DNA from: Octopus vulgaris
Lineage: Eukaryota
Reading direction: 5' to 3'
Assembly (NCBI GenBank): GCA_951406725.2
Contig: OX597824.1
Coordinates: 98,952,001 to 99,016,000, forward strand
DNA length: 64,000 nucleotides
Both the position numbers and the translations under genes were made by a program. Positions within the stretch are counted from its first letter, which is position 1. Every line of letters starts with the position of its first letter. The notes below the pieces were generated by a model. That model worked only from the letters and a program-made list of their open reading frames with translations. It was not told the origin of the DNA and did not search any database. Shown piece by piece: positions 42,258 to 50,842 of the stretch.

Positions 42258-45200
42258 TGATCACCATAAAGAAATCATTTGTGGAGGTTGTTCGGCAAAG
42301 ACTGAATGTTTCTATGTTGTCTTTGACAGGAGAGTCCATCATAGATATTTCTAATTTCTAATATATAACAAATAGTTATGAAACCATAAATAAAATATAT
42401 CGCTAATCACTCGATTAAAATATTAATTTCTCCCTTCAACAAAAAACAAAAACTAAACAAAACAGCTGAAGAAAGAAATGGCAAGAATTACTTACAATAT
42501 CAAGAGTAATCTGACAAGCACCCATCGTGGTTAGCAGCTGAATAATGTGGTCCTGGAATAAGAGAAATGAGATTTCAATGACAACAGAACAAGGAAGACT
42601 CTTTATTAATAATGATCAGTTGTTCCCTTTGAAGTTCTAACCCTAATTAAATCAGTTTTTCATTAAAGGAAGCTTACCCAAGTCCATTTCCTTCACTCCC
42701 CCCACCCCACCACCACCAGACTGAGATCCACCATGAACCAAACCTTTACCTTTCTTCACCATTCCCTCTAATTCAACTCTCTCTCTCTCTCTCCTTCTTT
42801 ACATGCTCTTGCAAACTTACCTACTCCCCACACACACTTTCCTATCCCTTGTCCCTATTCTCTCTCGTGCCCACCTTCTTGTACCTTGAGGATATGCTTT
42901 CACATTTCACCACCACCATCACTTTTCTTTCTTTGCAGCTGGGGAAGTCATGCATCTCCTCCATACAAACATAACTGTTTCTATCCCTTCCATTGTACTT
43001 TAACCTTTCAACACCTGGCAAAAAAAACTGCCCTCAACATTACACCCACACTCAGCGGAAGGTTCTTGTTTTGCAAGTTAGTTGACATGTGTGTGTGTGT
43101 GTGTGTGGGTGCGAAGCAGTGATATGATATTTCTATTGAGTGTCTATAAAAATCTGCCCATATTTAACACATTCCTGGCTCTTTAGATAAGCATTTCCCA
43201 GTAAACCATAAATACAGAAAGAATTTTAATCAATGCTCAATAAAAATATCATACAGCTGTTGCCCCAACATGAAGAACATTATTACTCATAAACCTCTCC
43301 AAGAGCCCACTCCCGGGTGAAACTGTTGAGATCCTGAAGCTTGCCCACTTAACTAGGGATGTGTATGTATGTATATATATATTTTTTCTGTGTATGTATA
43401 TATATTTTTTTTCTTTATTTGTGAATTAAGGCTACCATTGGTATCATGTTAAGAAGAGTGGGAGACAGAGCAGCTATTCGAGTATGATCGTTACTGGCAC
43501 TTATGCCTGTGATAGTAGGGTGCCAAGAACACCATCCGAGCGTGATCGTTGCCAGAGCAGCCAACTGGCTTCCGTACCTGTGGCACGTAAAAGGGCACCA
43601 TTCGAGCGTGATCGTTACCAACGTCGCTTCACCGGAACCTGTGTCGGTGGCACATGTAAAAAGATTCATTGCCAGTGCCGCCTGACTGGCCCCCGTGCAA
43701 GTGGCACGTAAAAAGCACACACTACACTCTCGGAGTGGTTGGCGTTAGGAAGGGCATCCAGCTGTAGAAACTCTGCCAGATCAAGACTGGAGCCTGGTGC
43801 AGCCTCCTGGCTTGCCAGTCCTCAGTCAAAACCGTCCAACCCATGCCAGCATGGAAAGCAGACATTAAATGATGATGATTAACAATTTTTCAAAATGGAG
43901 GTGAACACCTTTCTTCATGTGATTGGCTTGAAAAATTGTTAAGATACTTGGATATTTTCCCACTCTTCTTAACATGAAACCAATGGTAGCCTTAATTCAC
44001 AAATAAAGAAATTATTTATTCACCAATGCGGTGCTGAGCACTCATATACACACGTAAAAGTAGAACATTTGAATAAGTATATATACATATATGTATGTAT
44101 ATTTTATTAATAACTGGCAGCAGTTACTGAGTTACTATAGGGGTAGGAGTGGCTGTGTGGTAAGTACCTTGCTTACCAACCACATGGTTTCGGGTTCAGT
44201 CCCACTGCATGGCACCTTGGGCAAGTGTCTTCTACTATAGCCTTGGGTCGACCAAAGCCTTGTGAGTGGATTTGGTAGACGGAAACTGAAGGAAGCCCAT
44301 CGTACATATGTATATATATGCATGTGTATGTATATGTTTATGTTTGTCCCCACCTAACATCACTTGACAACCAATGCTGGTGTGTTTATGCCCCTGTAAC
44401 TTAGCGGTTCAGCAAAAGAGACTGATAGAATAAGTACTAGGCTTACAAAGTCCTGGGGTCGATTTGCTCGACTAAAGGCGGTGCTCTAGCATGGCCACAG
44501 TAAAATGACTGAAACATGTAAAAGAGTAAGACTCAAAGGCTGAGAGTTTCTGGCATTTCAAATTAAGAGTGTTTATATTTATATCCTTCTGATAATCACA
44601 TTTCCCTGGATTGTTCTAGAACAAATTATAAAAGCAATAACAATGCCATGTGGATAATGCATGTTTTTCAAATGGTTTGCTTGTTATACTGTTCAGTAAA
44701 CAAATACGGAAAATTTAAAGATACAGGTGTGAATAGCTACACACACAAATGAGTGTACGAGTGAATGTAAATACAGTGTGTACATGAATACACTCACATA
44801 TATTTACATTCATGGATTCACACACACACACACACACGCATGCATGCACACACAGTGGGATTAAGCTCCCTGCCATACATCTGGAAAGAGTCAGAATTGG
44901 TTGTCAGAGAATTTCTATGTCTTCACCAACCCTAATTTCTGCCCTCCTAATTCTATGGATTACTATGTGTGGGGTGTGGTTGAGAAAGACACCAAGACTG
45001 AACTGGTGGCCAAGACTGATGAGGTGCTCCAAGATCTTCCCAGGGATACAATAAGAAATGCATGCACCAGGCTCCAGAGGCGTTTTTAGGCTGTGATGAA
45101 AGCTGAGGGGAGATACTTGGTATAAACTGTTGTCCCTTAGCCATAATCTAGTTGATATGTTTTGGTTTTCTTAAAATACTTTTGGTTTTGGACAGGATAT

Positions 45201-47321
45201 TGTGTTTCTCTTCTCTTTTTACGCAAACTGCCAAATTCAGCCTAAAAACACCCTAAAAACACACATAGAAAAGCTAACCAGTAGAGGTTGGTCAGTGTTC
45301 TGCATTTTTATTGGTTTCATTGCTAGAATTCTGAGAACTGAAGTAACTGACCATCCTGAGGTAAAGTGAGGCCTTGGAATCAATGAATTACTGTGAATAT
45401 GTGAGAATAGACCACAGTAAAGGTTGTCATTGACTGCATGGTGATGGCCATGGTGTTAAAGTGGGTGGTACATGAAGCATTTGTCCATATTGTAGACCAA
45501 GATAAACTTCACAACAGTCGGTCAGTCGTTCCTTACAGCCCAGTGTTTGAAATGTTCTCCTCTCTAATGTCACAACTATAACCTAGACTAGCTTCTTTCT
45601 TTTTATAAGGTATATTTCAATAACAATAGAGCTTTATTATAATTAAACAATTGTCAAGAAAGCAAACCTATTGAGCATTTTAACAACAACAACAACAATA
45701 AACCTAAACCTGCCAGGTACCATATTCCAGCATTCAGGTTTGAGTGTGGATAAAACTGAACTCACCTTTAAATCAAGGATATCAACAAAAGTGTTGTAGT
45801 ATAGAGACAATGACTTGATTACTTCCCCTTTCACTTGGTTGACGGCCGAATACTGAAAGAAACAAACAGCGAAACATTGATTTGTAAAACATTTTTCGTA
45901 GCAGAGACAAAAGGATGGCAAATGATTCGTCATTGGACTGTCACCTAGTCATGTACCCAAGAGGACCATTTCAATTAACAGTCACTTCATTGGATCGTTT
46001 TAATTACTAGTCAACCTATTTTCACAATGTCGTTCAACTAATAATCCACTTAACAAGTCTCACTTGACAACACAGGAGTTGAGAGTCTCAATCAGCCATC
46101 CGGCACTTATGTCCACATCATCCCAACTGACTTCTCTCCATTTTCTCCTCATACATTTATTGAGCCGTGTCTTCACCCTAAACAGTCTTCTCCACAAAAC
46201 CAGTCATCCACACACAACACATCACATATTGGAAGTGATAAAAATTAATATCTCCTCATTTCAACCAACAAGACACATACATAAAAAAAGATCTACTTCA
46301 CTTAATTGATGGAGTTATTGCACTAACACAATTGAAATAATCCAATAATTCAGAAAGAAAAAAAATTGCTATTATTGCCAGACTAGAATGGCCTGGCAAC
46401 AACACTTTTTCTCTGAACTTTTGGATTATTTTCTTTCTTATATTTGATAAAGGAAAGCTTTCATGAAATATAACAGAAGCATAATATAATGATAGAAACT
46501 GTGTAATTGTAAAGCTATATAACAATAACACAGAAATATAACAGAAGTATTATTACAGGGTGATACAAGGCTTTGCATTTGTCATTGATTAGTGACATCA
46601 TCTTACACATTTGGCCCAACTTCTAACCTAAACTGCTTAACCCTTTAGCATTTGAACCTGTCATGACCAGCCCAAATATTGAACCTATTTTATGTCCAAA
46701 CTGGCCAGATCTGGCCTCTTATGCCTACCCTACAATGTTATTCTAAAACAATCCTTTCTACTATAGGCACAAGGCCTGAAATTTGAGGGGAGGGGACTAG
46801 TCGATTACATCGACCCCAGTGCATAACTGGTACTTAATTTACTGACCCTGAAAGGACGAAAGGCAAAGTCAACCTCAGCTGAATTTGAACTCAGAACATA
46901 GAAACAGGCGAAATATTGCTAAGCACTTCATCCAGGTTGCTAACGATTCTGTCAGCTCGCCCCCCCCCCCTTATGTTATTCTAAAATATCAAAATCCCAT
47001 CATTGTAATCTTGAAGCCTTGAGACAATGCCTGATTCAGTGGAAATACTGTGAGTGAATGAGCATTGCATTTGAGAGAACAATCTGAATGCTGAAGGCTT
47101 AAAGGACATCTTAAAAGAGAGAATCCTTTACACATTGCATTGCTTCAAGCAAATTACAGCACTCTATAAATATAAAATATTATGTGTGTATGTGTAAATG
47201 AAATACTCACCGTATTAGATTTGGGGTCGATATTCGGGAAACGTCTTATGATATTACGAGTTACTTGTTCCATATTTTTGTCACTAAAGAAAGCAGGTTT
47301 TTTATCTGCATTTTGTAAAGT
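7001..47321 (-). CDS. NCKAP1: Nck-associated protein 1 (Hem-2/Nap1/Kette; WAVE complex), partial multi-exon gene, 27 coding exons in window
   Basis: Spliced translation is collinear with human NCKAP1 about aa 37-955 as I recall it (e.g. [58 protein letters not shown]). All exons have AG/GT boundaries with matching phases; total 2778 nt. First and last exons not found in window. Exon numbers below assume one upstream coding exon. Confidence 0.97.
7957..8039 (-). CDS. NCKAP1: NCKAP1 exon 27 (83 nt)
   Basis: [27 protein letters not shown]; ttgcag/gtaag. Confidence 0.96.
8193..8573. mobile_element. piggyBac-like MITE remnants (TAA-CCC...GGG-TTAA ends)
   Basis: ctaacccttttgcattc...ggctaaagggttaa plus second end aacaaaagggttaa; related to 46636-47102. 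Confidence 0.6.
8915..9015 (-). mobile_element. RTE-clade LINE 3' end fragment
   Basis: [21 protein letters not shown] resembles the RTE C-terminus (W.A.VRD.....AGSTRPG*), followed by a caag/gaa-repeat tail. Confidence 0.65.
9460..9468 (-). CDS. NCKAP1: candidate 9-nt alternative microexon of NCKAP1
   Basis: cttgcatttaattcttcag | AAACTGGAG | gtaaat; phase 1/1, no stop; no transcript evidence. Confidence 0.4.
10832..11545. repeat. compound (TA)n/(CATA)n/(CA)n/(GA)n microsatellite block
   Basis: visible low complexity; similar blocks at about 3345-3560, 3750-3890, 4120-4335, 29951-30001. Confidence 0.95.
14626..14643 (-). CDS. NCKAP1: candidate 18-nt alternative microexon of NCKAP1
   Basis: long pyrimidine tract + catcag | AGCCCAGAATGTCAGCAC | gtaaga; phase 1/1, no stop; no transcript evidence. 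Confidence 0.45.
16995..17092 (+). repeat. 46-bp perfect tandem duplication
   Basis: accctccctacagtggaactgaaaatattagttgtaaaagagtagg x2 plus partial. Confidence 0.95.
17750..17843 (-). CDS. NCKAP1: NCKAP1 exon 26 (94 nt)
   Basis: [31 protein letters not shown]; atttag/gtaag. Confidence 0.95.
18395..19130 (-). mobile_element. two tandem copies of SINE/LINE-tail family C ((GAT)n tail; ggcattaggaagggcatccagc core)
   Basis: tcatcatttaacgtccgttttccatgctggcatggg...ggatgcccttcctaatgccaaccac; other copies about 5065-5270, 23290-23400, 24570-24720, 41200-41290. Confidence 0.8.
19342..19439 (-). CDS. NCKAP1: NCKAP1 exon 25 (98 nt)
   Basis: [32 protein letters not shown]; ttttcag, weak donor AAG|gtttta. 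Confidence 0.93.
19688..19826 (+). mobile_element. tRNA-derived SINE family B, truncated
   Basis: ggagtggctatgtggtaag...ggttccaggttcagccccagtgtgtggcaccttgggcaagtgtcttctactata. Confidence 0.8.
19883..20090. mobile_element. Tc1/mariner-type MITE with TA target duplication
   Basis: TA-CA(T/G)GGTGTCCCAGAAGTCG...CGACTTCTGGGACACCCTG-TA, TIR about 35 bp. Confidence 0.9.
20615..20751 (-). CDS. NCKAP1: NCKAP1 exon 24 (137 nt)
   Basis: [45 protein letters not shown]; tttcag/gtgag. Confidence 0.95.
20954..21059 (-). CDS. NCKAP1: NCKAP1 exon 23 (106 nt)
   Basis: [34 protein letters not shown]; ttccag/gtaag. Confidence 0.95.
21380..21495 (-). CDS. NCKAP1: NCKAP1 exon 22 (116 nt)
   Basis: [38 protein letters not shown]; ttgtag/gtaag. 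Confidence 0.96.
22180..22635 (+). mobile_element. R4/Dong-like (restriction-like endonuclease) LINE fragments
   Basis: [51 protein letters not shown]. Confidence 0.75.
22640..23030 (-). mobile_element. Tx1/L1-like LINE C-terminal remnant
   Basis: [25 protein letters not shown] followed by zinc-knuckle-like [23 protein letters not shown]. Confidence 0.55.
23942..24073 (-). CDS. NCKAP1: NCKAP1 exon 21 (132 nt)
   Basis: [43 protein letters not shown]; taccag/gtaag. Confidence 0.95.
24845..24984 (-). CDS. NCKAP1: NCKAP1 exon 20 (140 nt)
   Basis: [46 protein letters not shown]; ccacag/gtgag. Confidence 0.95.
25149..25268 (-). CDS. NCKAP1: NCKAP1 exon 19 (120 nt)
   Basis: [40 protein letters not shown]; gtgcag/gtaag. 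Confidence 0.95.
25861..26042 (+). repeat. 40-bp minisatellite x4.5
   Basis: cactagacatggtttcccctctag(a/c)cattagagagtgcat. Confidence 0.95.
26588..26720 (-). CDS. NCKAP1: NCKAP1 exon 18 (133 nt)
   Basis: [44 protein letters not shown]; tttcag/gtaag. Confidence 0.96.
27115..27608 (+). mobile_element. R4/Dong-like LINE 3' end with (TAA)n tail
   Basis: [58 protein letters not shown], then aataataataa. Confidence 0.8.
27700..27845 (-). CDS. NCKAP1: NCKAP1 exon 17 (146 nt)
   Basis: [48 protein letters not shown]; ccccag/gtatg. Confidence 0.95.
28541..28599 (-). CDS. NCKAP1: NCKAP1 exon 16 (59 nt)
   Basis: [19 protein letters not shown]; ttttcag/gtaat. Confidence 0.96.
29150..29231 (-). CDS. 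NCKAP1: NCKAP1 exon 15 (82 nt)
   Basis: [27 protein letters not shown]; tttgaag/gtaag. Confidence 0.93.
30314..30405 (-). CDS. NCKAP1: NCKAP1 exon 14 (92 nt)
   Basis: [30 protein letters not shown]; ttgcag/gtaag. Confidence 0.95.
31472..31512 (-). CDS. NCKAP1: NCKAP1 exon 13 (41 nt)
   Basis: [13 protein letters not shown]; ttttcag/gtaaat. Confidence 0.92.
31905..32118 (+). mobile_element. R4/Dong-like LINE extreme 3' fragment
   Basis: [29 protein letters not shown]. Confidence 0.7.
32128..32335 (-). mobile_element. SINE family A, near full length
   Basis: reverse complement of the 37978-38190 copy (cgaccccagt...aggcaaagtcaacctcagcggaatttgaactcagaac...gctaagcatttc...ctgccagctc). Confidence 0.85.
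33626..33750 (-). CDS. NCKAP1: NCKAP1 exon 12 (125 nt)
   Basis: [41 protein letters not shown]; gtccag/gtgag. Confidence 0.93.
35137..35233 (-). CDS. NCKAP1: NCKAP1 exon 11 (97 nt)
   Basis: [32 protein letters not shown]; tttag/gtaag. Confidence 0.96.
35413..35703 (+). repeat. G-rich about 18-bp minisatellite (ggatggtggaggcgaggg)n
   Basis: about 15 degenerate units inside the 520-nt intron between exons 10 and 11. Confidence 0.92.
35754..35819 (-). CDS. NCKAP1: NCKAP1 exon 10 (66 nt)
   Basis: [21 protein letters not shown]; ctttcag/gtaag; phases 2/2 fit neighbours. Confidence 0.88.
36014..36167 (-). CDS. NCKAP1: NCKAP1 exon 9 (154 nt)
   Basis: [50 protein letters not shown]; ttgcag/gtgag. 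Confidence 0.94.
37647..37695 (-). CDS. NCKAP1: NCKAP1 exon 8 (49 nt)
   Basis: [16 protein letters not shown]; ttcag/gtgag. Confidence 0.93.
37978..38530 (+). mobile_element. two tandem SINE family A copies separated by (TTA)n/(TTG)n
   Basis: aggtggcaaaccagcagaatcgttagc...gaggttgactttgcctttcatcctttcagggtcgataaattaagtacc and a second copy from about 38305. Confidence 0.88.
38621..38758 (-). CDS. NCKAP1: NCKAP1 exon 7 (138 nt)
   Basis: [46 protein letters not shown]; tttccag/gtgag. Confidence 0.95.
40301..40391 (-). CDS. NCKAP1: NCKAP1 exon 6 (91 nt)
   Basis: [30 protein letters not shown]; cacag/gtaag. Confidence 0.95.
41402..41544 (-). CDS. NCKAP1: NCKAP1 exon 5 (143 nt)
   Basis: [47 protein letters not shown]; ttgcag/gtaag. 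Confidence 0.95.
42496..42552 (-). CDS. NCKAP1: NCKAP1 exon 4 (57 nt)
   Basis: [19 protein letters not shown]; ttccag/gtaag. Confidence 0.92.
43490..43880 (+). mobile_element. SINE/LINE-tail family C with internal gtggcacgtaaaa repeats
   Basis: ggcacgtaaaaagcac..ggagtggttggcgttaggaagggcatccagc..ccatgccagcatggaaagcagacattaaatgatgatg. Confidence 0.88.
43925..43991 (+). ncRNA. type-I minimal hammerhead ribozyme-like motif (U3-A8 core variant)
   Basis: GGC-UUGAAAA-[auuguuaaga...ucuuaacau]-GAAAC-caaug-GUA-GCC: stems I, II, III and GUA triplet present. Confidence 0.6.
44140..44530 (+). mobile_element. tRNA-derived SINE family B, near full length
   Basis: ggagtggctgtgtggtaag (A box) ..gggttcagtccc (B box)..gatagaataagtactagg..gcatggccacag; second copy about 47490-47860, antisense copies about 7630-7780, 32900-33050, 60610-60750. 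Confidence 0.88.
44860..45255 (+). mobile_element. Tc1/mariner-superfamily transposase C-terminal remnant
   Basis: [45 protein letters not shown] (decayed WPPNSPD.NP.DYYVW); ends ...aaaaacaccct. Confidence 0.8.
45766..45852 (-). CDS. NCKAP1: NCKAP1 exon 3 (87 nt)
   Basis: [29 protein letters not shown]; ctttcag/gtgag. Confidence 0.93.
46636..47102. mobile_element. piggyBac-like MITE with nested antisense SINE A (about 46755-46965)
   Basis: TTAA-CCCTTTAGCATT ... AATGCTGAAGGC-TTAA. Confidence 0.7.
47211..47321 (-). CDS. NCKAP1: NCKAP1 exon 2 (111 nt)
   Basis: [37 protein letters not shown]; poly-T acceptor tttgcag, donor gtgag. Confidence 0.93.
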
Positions 47322-48274
47322 CTGCAAAAAAAAAAAAAAAAAGTAAAAAGAGAGAAATGACTTTTATGGAATAAACTCAAAGAAATGGAGAAAATTATAT
47401 CCGAGACGACAATTTATACAAATTCTACAAAGTTCAGAAAATGACTTGAAGAAACCAACTTGGCAGATTAGTTCTAGAGAAAGAAGAGACATGGCTGTGT
47501 GGTAAAAAACTCGCTTCCCAATCATGTAGTTTCAAGTTCAGTCCCACTGTGTGGAACCTTGAGCAAATGTCTTCTACTATGTCTTCGGGCCAACCAAAGC
47601 TTTGAGCGGATTTGTCAGATGGAAATTGAAAGAAGCCCATTGTATAAACGTATTGGGGGGAGGGTCCACCACCATCACTTCACAACTGGTGCTGTTAAGT
47701 TTATATCCTCAAAACTTGGCAGCCTGGCAAAAGGAACTGGTAGAATAAGTGCCAGGCTTTAAAAAGAAAATAAGAAATGAAGTTGATCCAGTTGACTAAA
47801 GATTCTTCAAGGTGATGCCCCAGCATGGCCACAGTTTAATGTCTGAAACAAGTAAAAGATAAATACGAAATATCTATATAATAGAGTCACTTCATAAGAA
47901 CCAAGATTTCTCTGATTAAAACTGGTTGTTTTCGTTCTTCTAAGATGGAAACTCATCATGAAGGGGGCTCTCAATGGAGCCGGGCCTCCAGTTTGGGAAC
48001 ACCTTCCTTCCACTCTTCTCAGGGGGCCCTGTAGATGGTCATGTGAACTGATTTCACTCCTGACTAAAAGGTAAAACTATAAACGAACTGAGTATATTAC
48101 TGGTATTTCAATAATCATCTCAGTAGTCTGTGGTTCAAAGTGCTGTCACTAACATTGGGTTGTATTTGGTGCTGTAAGACATGTAAAATAATGGCTGTTT
48201 TCTTGCAGTGATGAGTCTTGGTTTCATAGCAAAATCTCACTTCACCAAGCCCCCAGCTTCTCATTAAACCATAG

Positions 48275-48442
<168 letters not shown>

Positions 48443-48714
48443 CTACATTGACCGTTTTGTTACTATTTCTGATAAGATACTCTTCTTTTGTTTTATTTAA
48501 TTTTGAAAATAATGAAGAATTCAGCCAAATAACTTTGTCATTATTAAGATGCTGATGTTTGGAACTGAAAGCTTGATGGGAAGTTTTAGTTTAAATCCTT
48601 TTACAAAACAGGAACTTTGTGTCGTAGAACCAAAGGGCAGCCCCAGGTAGATTGGTATCAAAAGCATTCAACTGGACTTCATATACTCCAACATTATACT
48701 CTGGCCTGTAAATA

Positions 48715-48953
48715 GGCCACATAGCTCAGTGGTTAAAGCGCCAGGCTTACAATCATGAGGTAGTGGGTTCAATTCCGAGGCTGGGCTGTGTGTTGTGCTC
48801 TTGAGCAAGACATTTTATTTCATGTTGCTCCATTAAGTCCACTCTGCTGAGTGGTTGGTGTTAGGAAGGGCATCCAGCTGTAAAGATCCTGCCAAAACAG
48901 TTACAGAAGTCTGGTGCAGGCATGGAAGGCAGATGGTAAATGATGATGATGAT
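48715..48953 (+). mobile_element. tRNA-headed SINE (chimeric with family C tail)
   Basis: A box tagctcagtgg, B box gttcaattcc, body ttgagcaagac, tail aggaagggcatccagc..(gat)n. Confidence 0.75.
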
Positions 48954-48985
48954 ATATTTCTTCTGCTTCTATTGCAGAACTGATG

Positions 48986-49396
48986 GATCTTTTCGGTTTG
49001 AACTATAGTTTTTAACATAATTTCTATGTAACTAAAAAATTTTAAACTTCGTATACTGGTAGAATGTGTTTATAAAACATCTTTTTCTCTTGGCTTTATT
49101 GAGAAAATTCTATAGTTTTATAAGATATTTGTTGTTTTTTTTCTTCAATTTCTGCAATTTCAACCAATCAGTGACGTCTATTGAGGTAAAAAAACATTCT
49201 GTGCCGTATGAATATGTCCCTCGTTTAAGAAACAGATTGGGTTTATTTACATTTGTGAAGAAAAAAAGATACCCTTTCCCCCACCCCTAACCCTAAAACA
49301 GATTGAAATGCAATAGATCAATATCATGGTCATAATTATGGGTGACAATTTCATATGACACCGCTAGAAAAAACTGCCATTCAAACCAAAAAGATC
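48986..49396. mobile_element. non-autonomous DNA element with TIR GATCTTTT(C/T)GGTTTGAA and internal CCCTAA repeats
   Basis: gatcttttcggtttgaac...ttcaaaccaaaaagatc; ccctaaccctaa at about 49285-49296. Confidence 0.8.
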
Positions 49397-49489
49397 TGAA
49401 CTGATTACTGTATTTGCTGGTGCATAAGACGCAGCCCTATTTTACAAGTAGATTTTGTGGAACAAAGCAAATTTAATATGTCTGATCAT

Positions 49490-49978
49490 ACATCATTATC
49501 ATTGTTTAATGTCCGTTTTCCATGCTGGCATGGATTGGGCAGTTTAACTGAGGTCTGGAGAGCCAGAGGCTGCACCATGCTCCAATCCAATCTGGCAAAG
49601 TTTCTACAGCTAGATGCCCTTCCTAATGTCAACCACTCCGAGAGTGTAGTGGGTGCTTTTTATGTGCCACTGGCATGGGAGCCAGTCAGGCGGACCTGAC
49701 ATCGACCACATTGGATGGTGCTTTTTGCATGCCACTGGCACGGGAGCCAGTCAGGTGACACTAGCATCGACCACATTCAGATGATGTATTTTACGTGCCA
49801 CCAGAACAAGAGCCAGTTAGGGGGCACTGGCTACAGCTACGACTTCAGTTTTACTTGACTCAACAGGTCTTCTCAAGCACATCATATCGCCCAACACATT
49901 AAGGGTACTCTTAAATGGGCCGGACATGCAACACTGGCATCGGCCATGGCTGCAACCTCACTTTAGTTGCTGGGTCTT

Positions 49979-49980
<2 letters not shown>
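49490..49980 (-). mobile_element. SINE/LINE-tail family C, long copy
   Basis: gtccgttttccatgctggcatggg..gatgcccttcctaatgtcaaccactccgagagtgtagtgggtgctttttatgtgcca with internal repeats. Confidence 0.85.
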
Positions 49981-50029
<49 letters not shown>

Positions 50030-50684
50030 GAAATTTTGAATTTAGTTCACAGACCCCCAGTACTACCTTTGCAGACTACCAGGTGTCTGCAGACCCCAGA
50101 CTGGGAACTACTATAAGCAACCTATAAGTTTCTAAAGATTAGACTGTCATAAACCACAACAATTTGTTTATTTACTGCATTTTACAGTGTAATATTTGTC
50201 AAATTATTTCCTAAAGAGAATTCAGGTTCAGATGGGGTCAGTTAATTCAAAACTTTAAAATATACTTGAAACTAATGAGGGCGAGATTAATTAACCTCGT
50301 AGTTTCTTGACTGGCTTGAAATAGCAGCCAAATCTGTTTTATAAGAGATCTTGATGTCTTTAAAGCAGAAGGGCTTAGTGGACAATTTGGTCCATGATAT
50401 ACAATCTTGCTTATAATAATTATTTTACTTCTAAATGTTTCTTTTTCACTAGCAACGAATGATTCCATTCAAATTCTACCAAATCAATTCTTTCAGTTTA
50501 ATGAATACAAAGGTGTAAGAAGAAAAATTAAGAACTTCAATAAATTAATGATACAACACATCTCACAAACACACACACACACATCTATATAATGTACTGT
50601 TCCATGATAGAAAATTCAACAAAAGTACTCCATCTGATGAGAGATAAATATTATTCATTTAAAGGGCACAATACATGCATTTAA

Positions 50685-50738
50685 GCACCACCAATAGTTT
50701 CATATGTTGAGAAACACTCAAACATATTCCTCAGGCGC
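50685..50738 (-). ncRNA. type-I hammerhead ribozyme-like motif (cleavage triplet GUG, likely inactive)
   Basis: GCGC-CUGAGGA-AUAUGU(U)UGAG uguuu CUCAACAUAU-GAAAC-uauug-GUG-GUGC. Confidence 0.65.
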
Positions 50739-50792
50739 AAAACACACAAAACAAACTAAAAATTTTCTTTAGTTTATTATGACAAGTGGTTT

Positions 50793-50842
50793 GCGCCTGA
50801 AGAACATGAGGACTTCTCAACATATGAAACCACAAGTAGCAC
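50793..50842 (+). ncRNA. type-I hammerhead ribozyme-like motif (GUA triplet, imperfect stems)
   Basis: GCGC-CUGAAGA-acaugag gacuu cucaacauau-GAAAC-cacaa-GUA-GCAC. Confidence 0.6.

Larger units (their letters stand above)
43410..44045. mobile_element. foldback element with paired hammerhead-like motifs (Penelope/retrozyme-like), interrupted by a family C SINE
   Basis: 54-bp inverted arms 43410-43463 / 43958-44011; inner ttaacaatttttcaa / ttgaaaaattgttaa pair. Confidence 0.75.

Noticed and set aside
48715-48787. tRNA-like sequence with A and B boxes
   Set aside because: Acceptor and T stems do not pair properly and it runs directly into a SINE body, so it is a SINE head.
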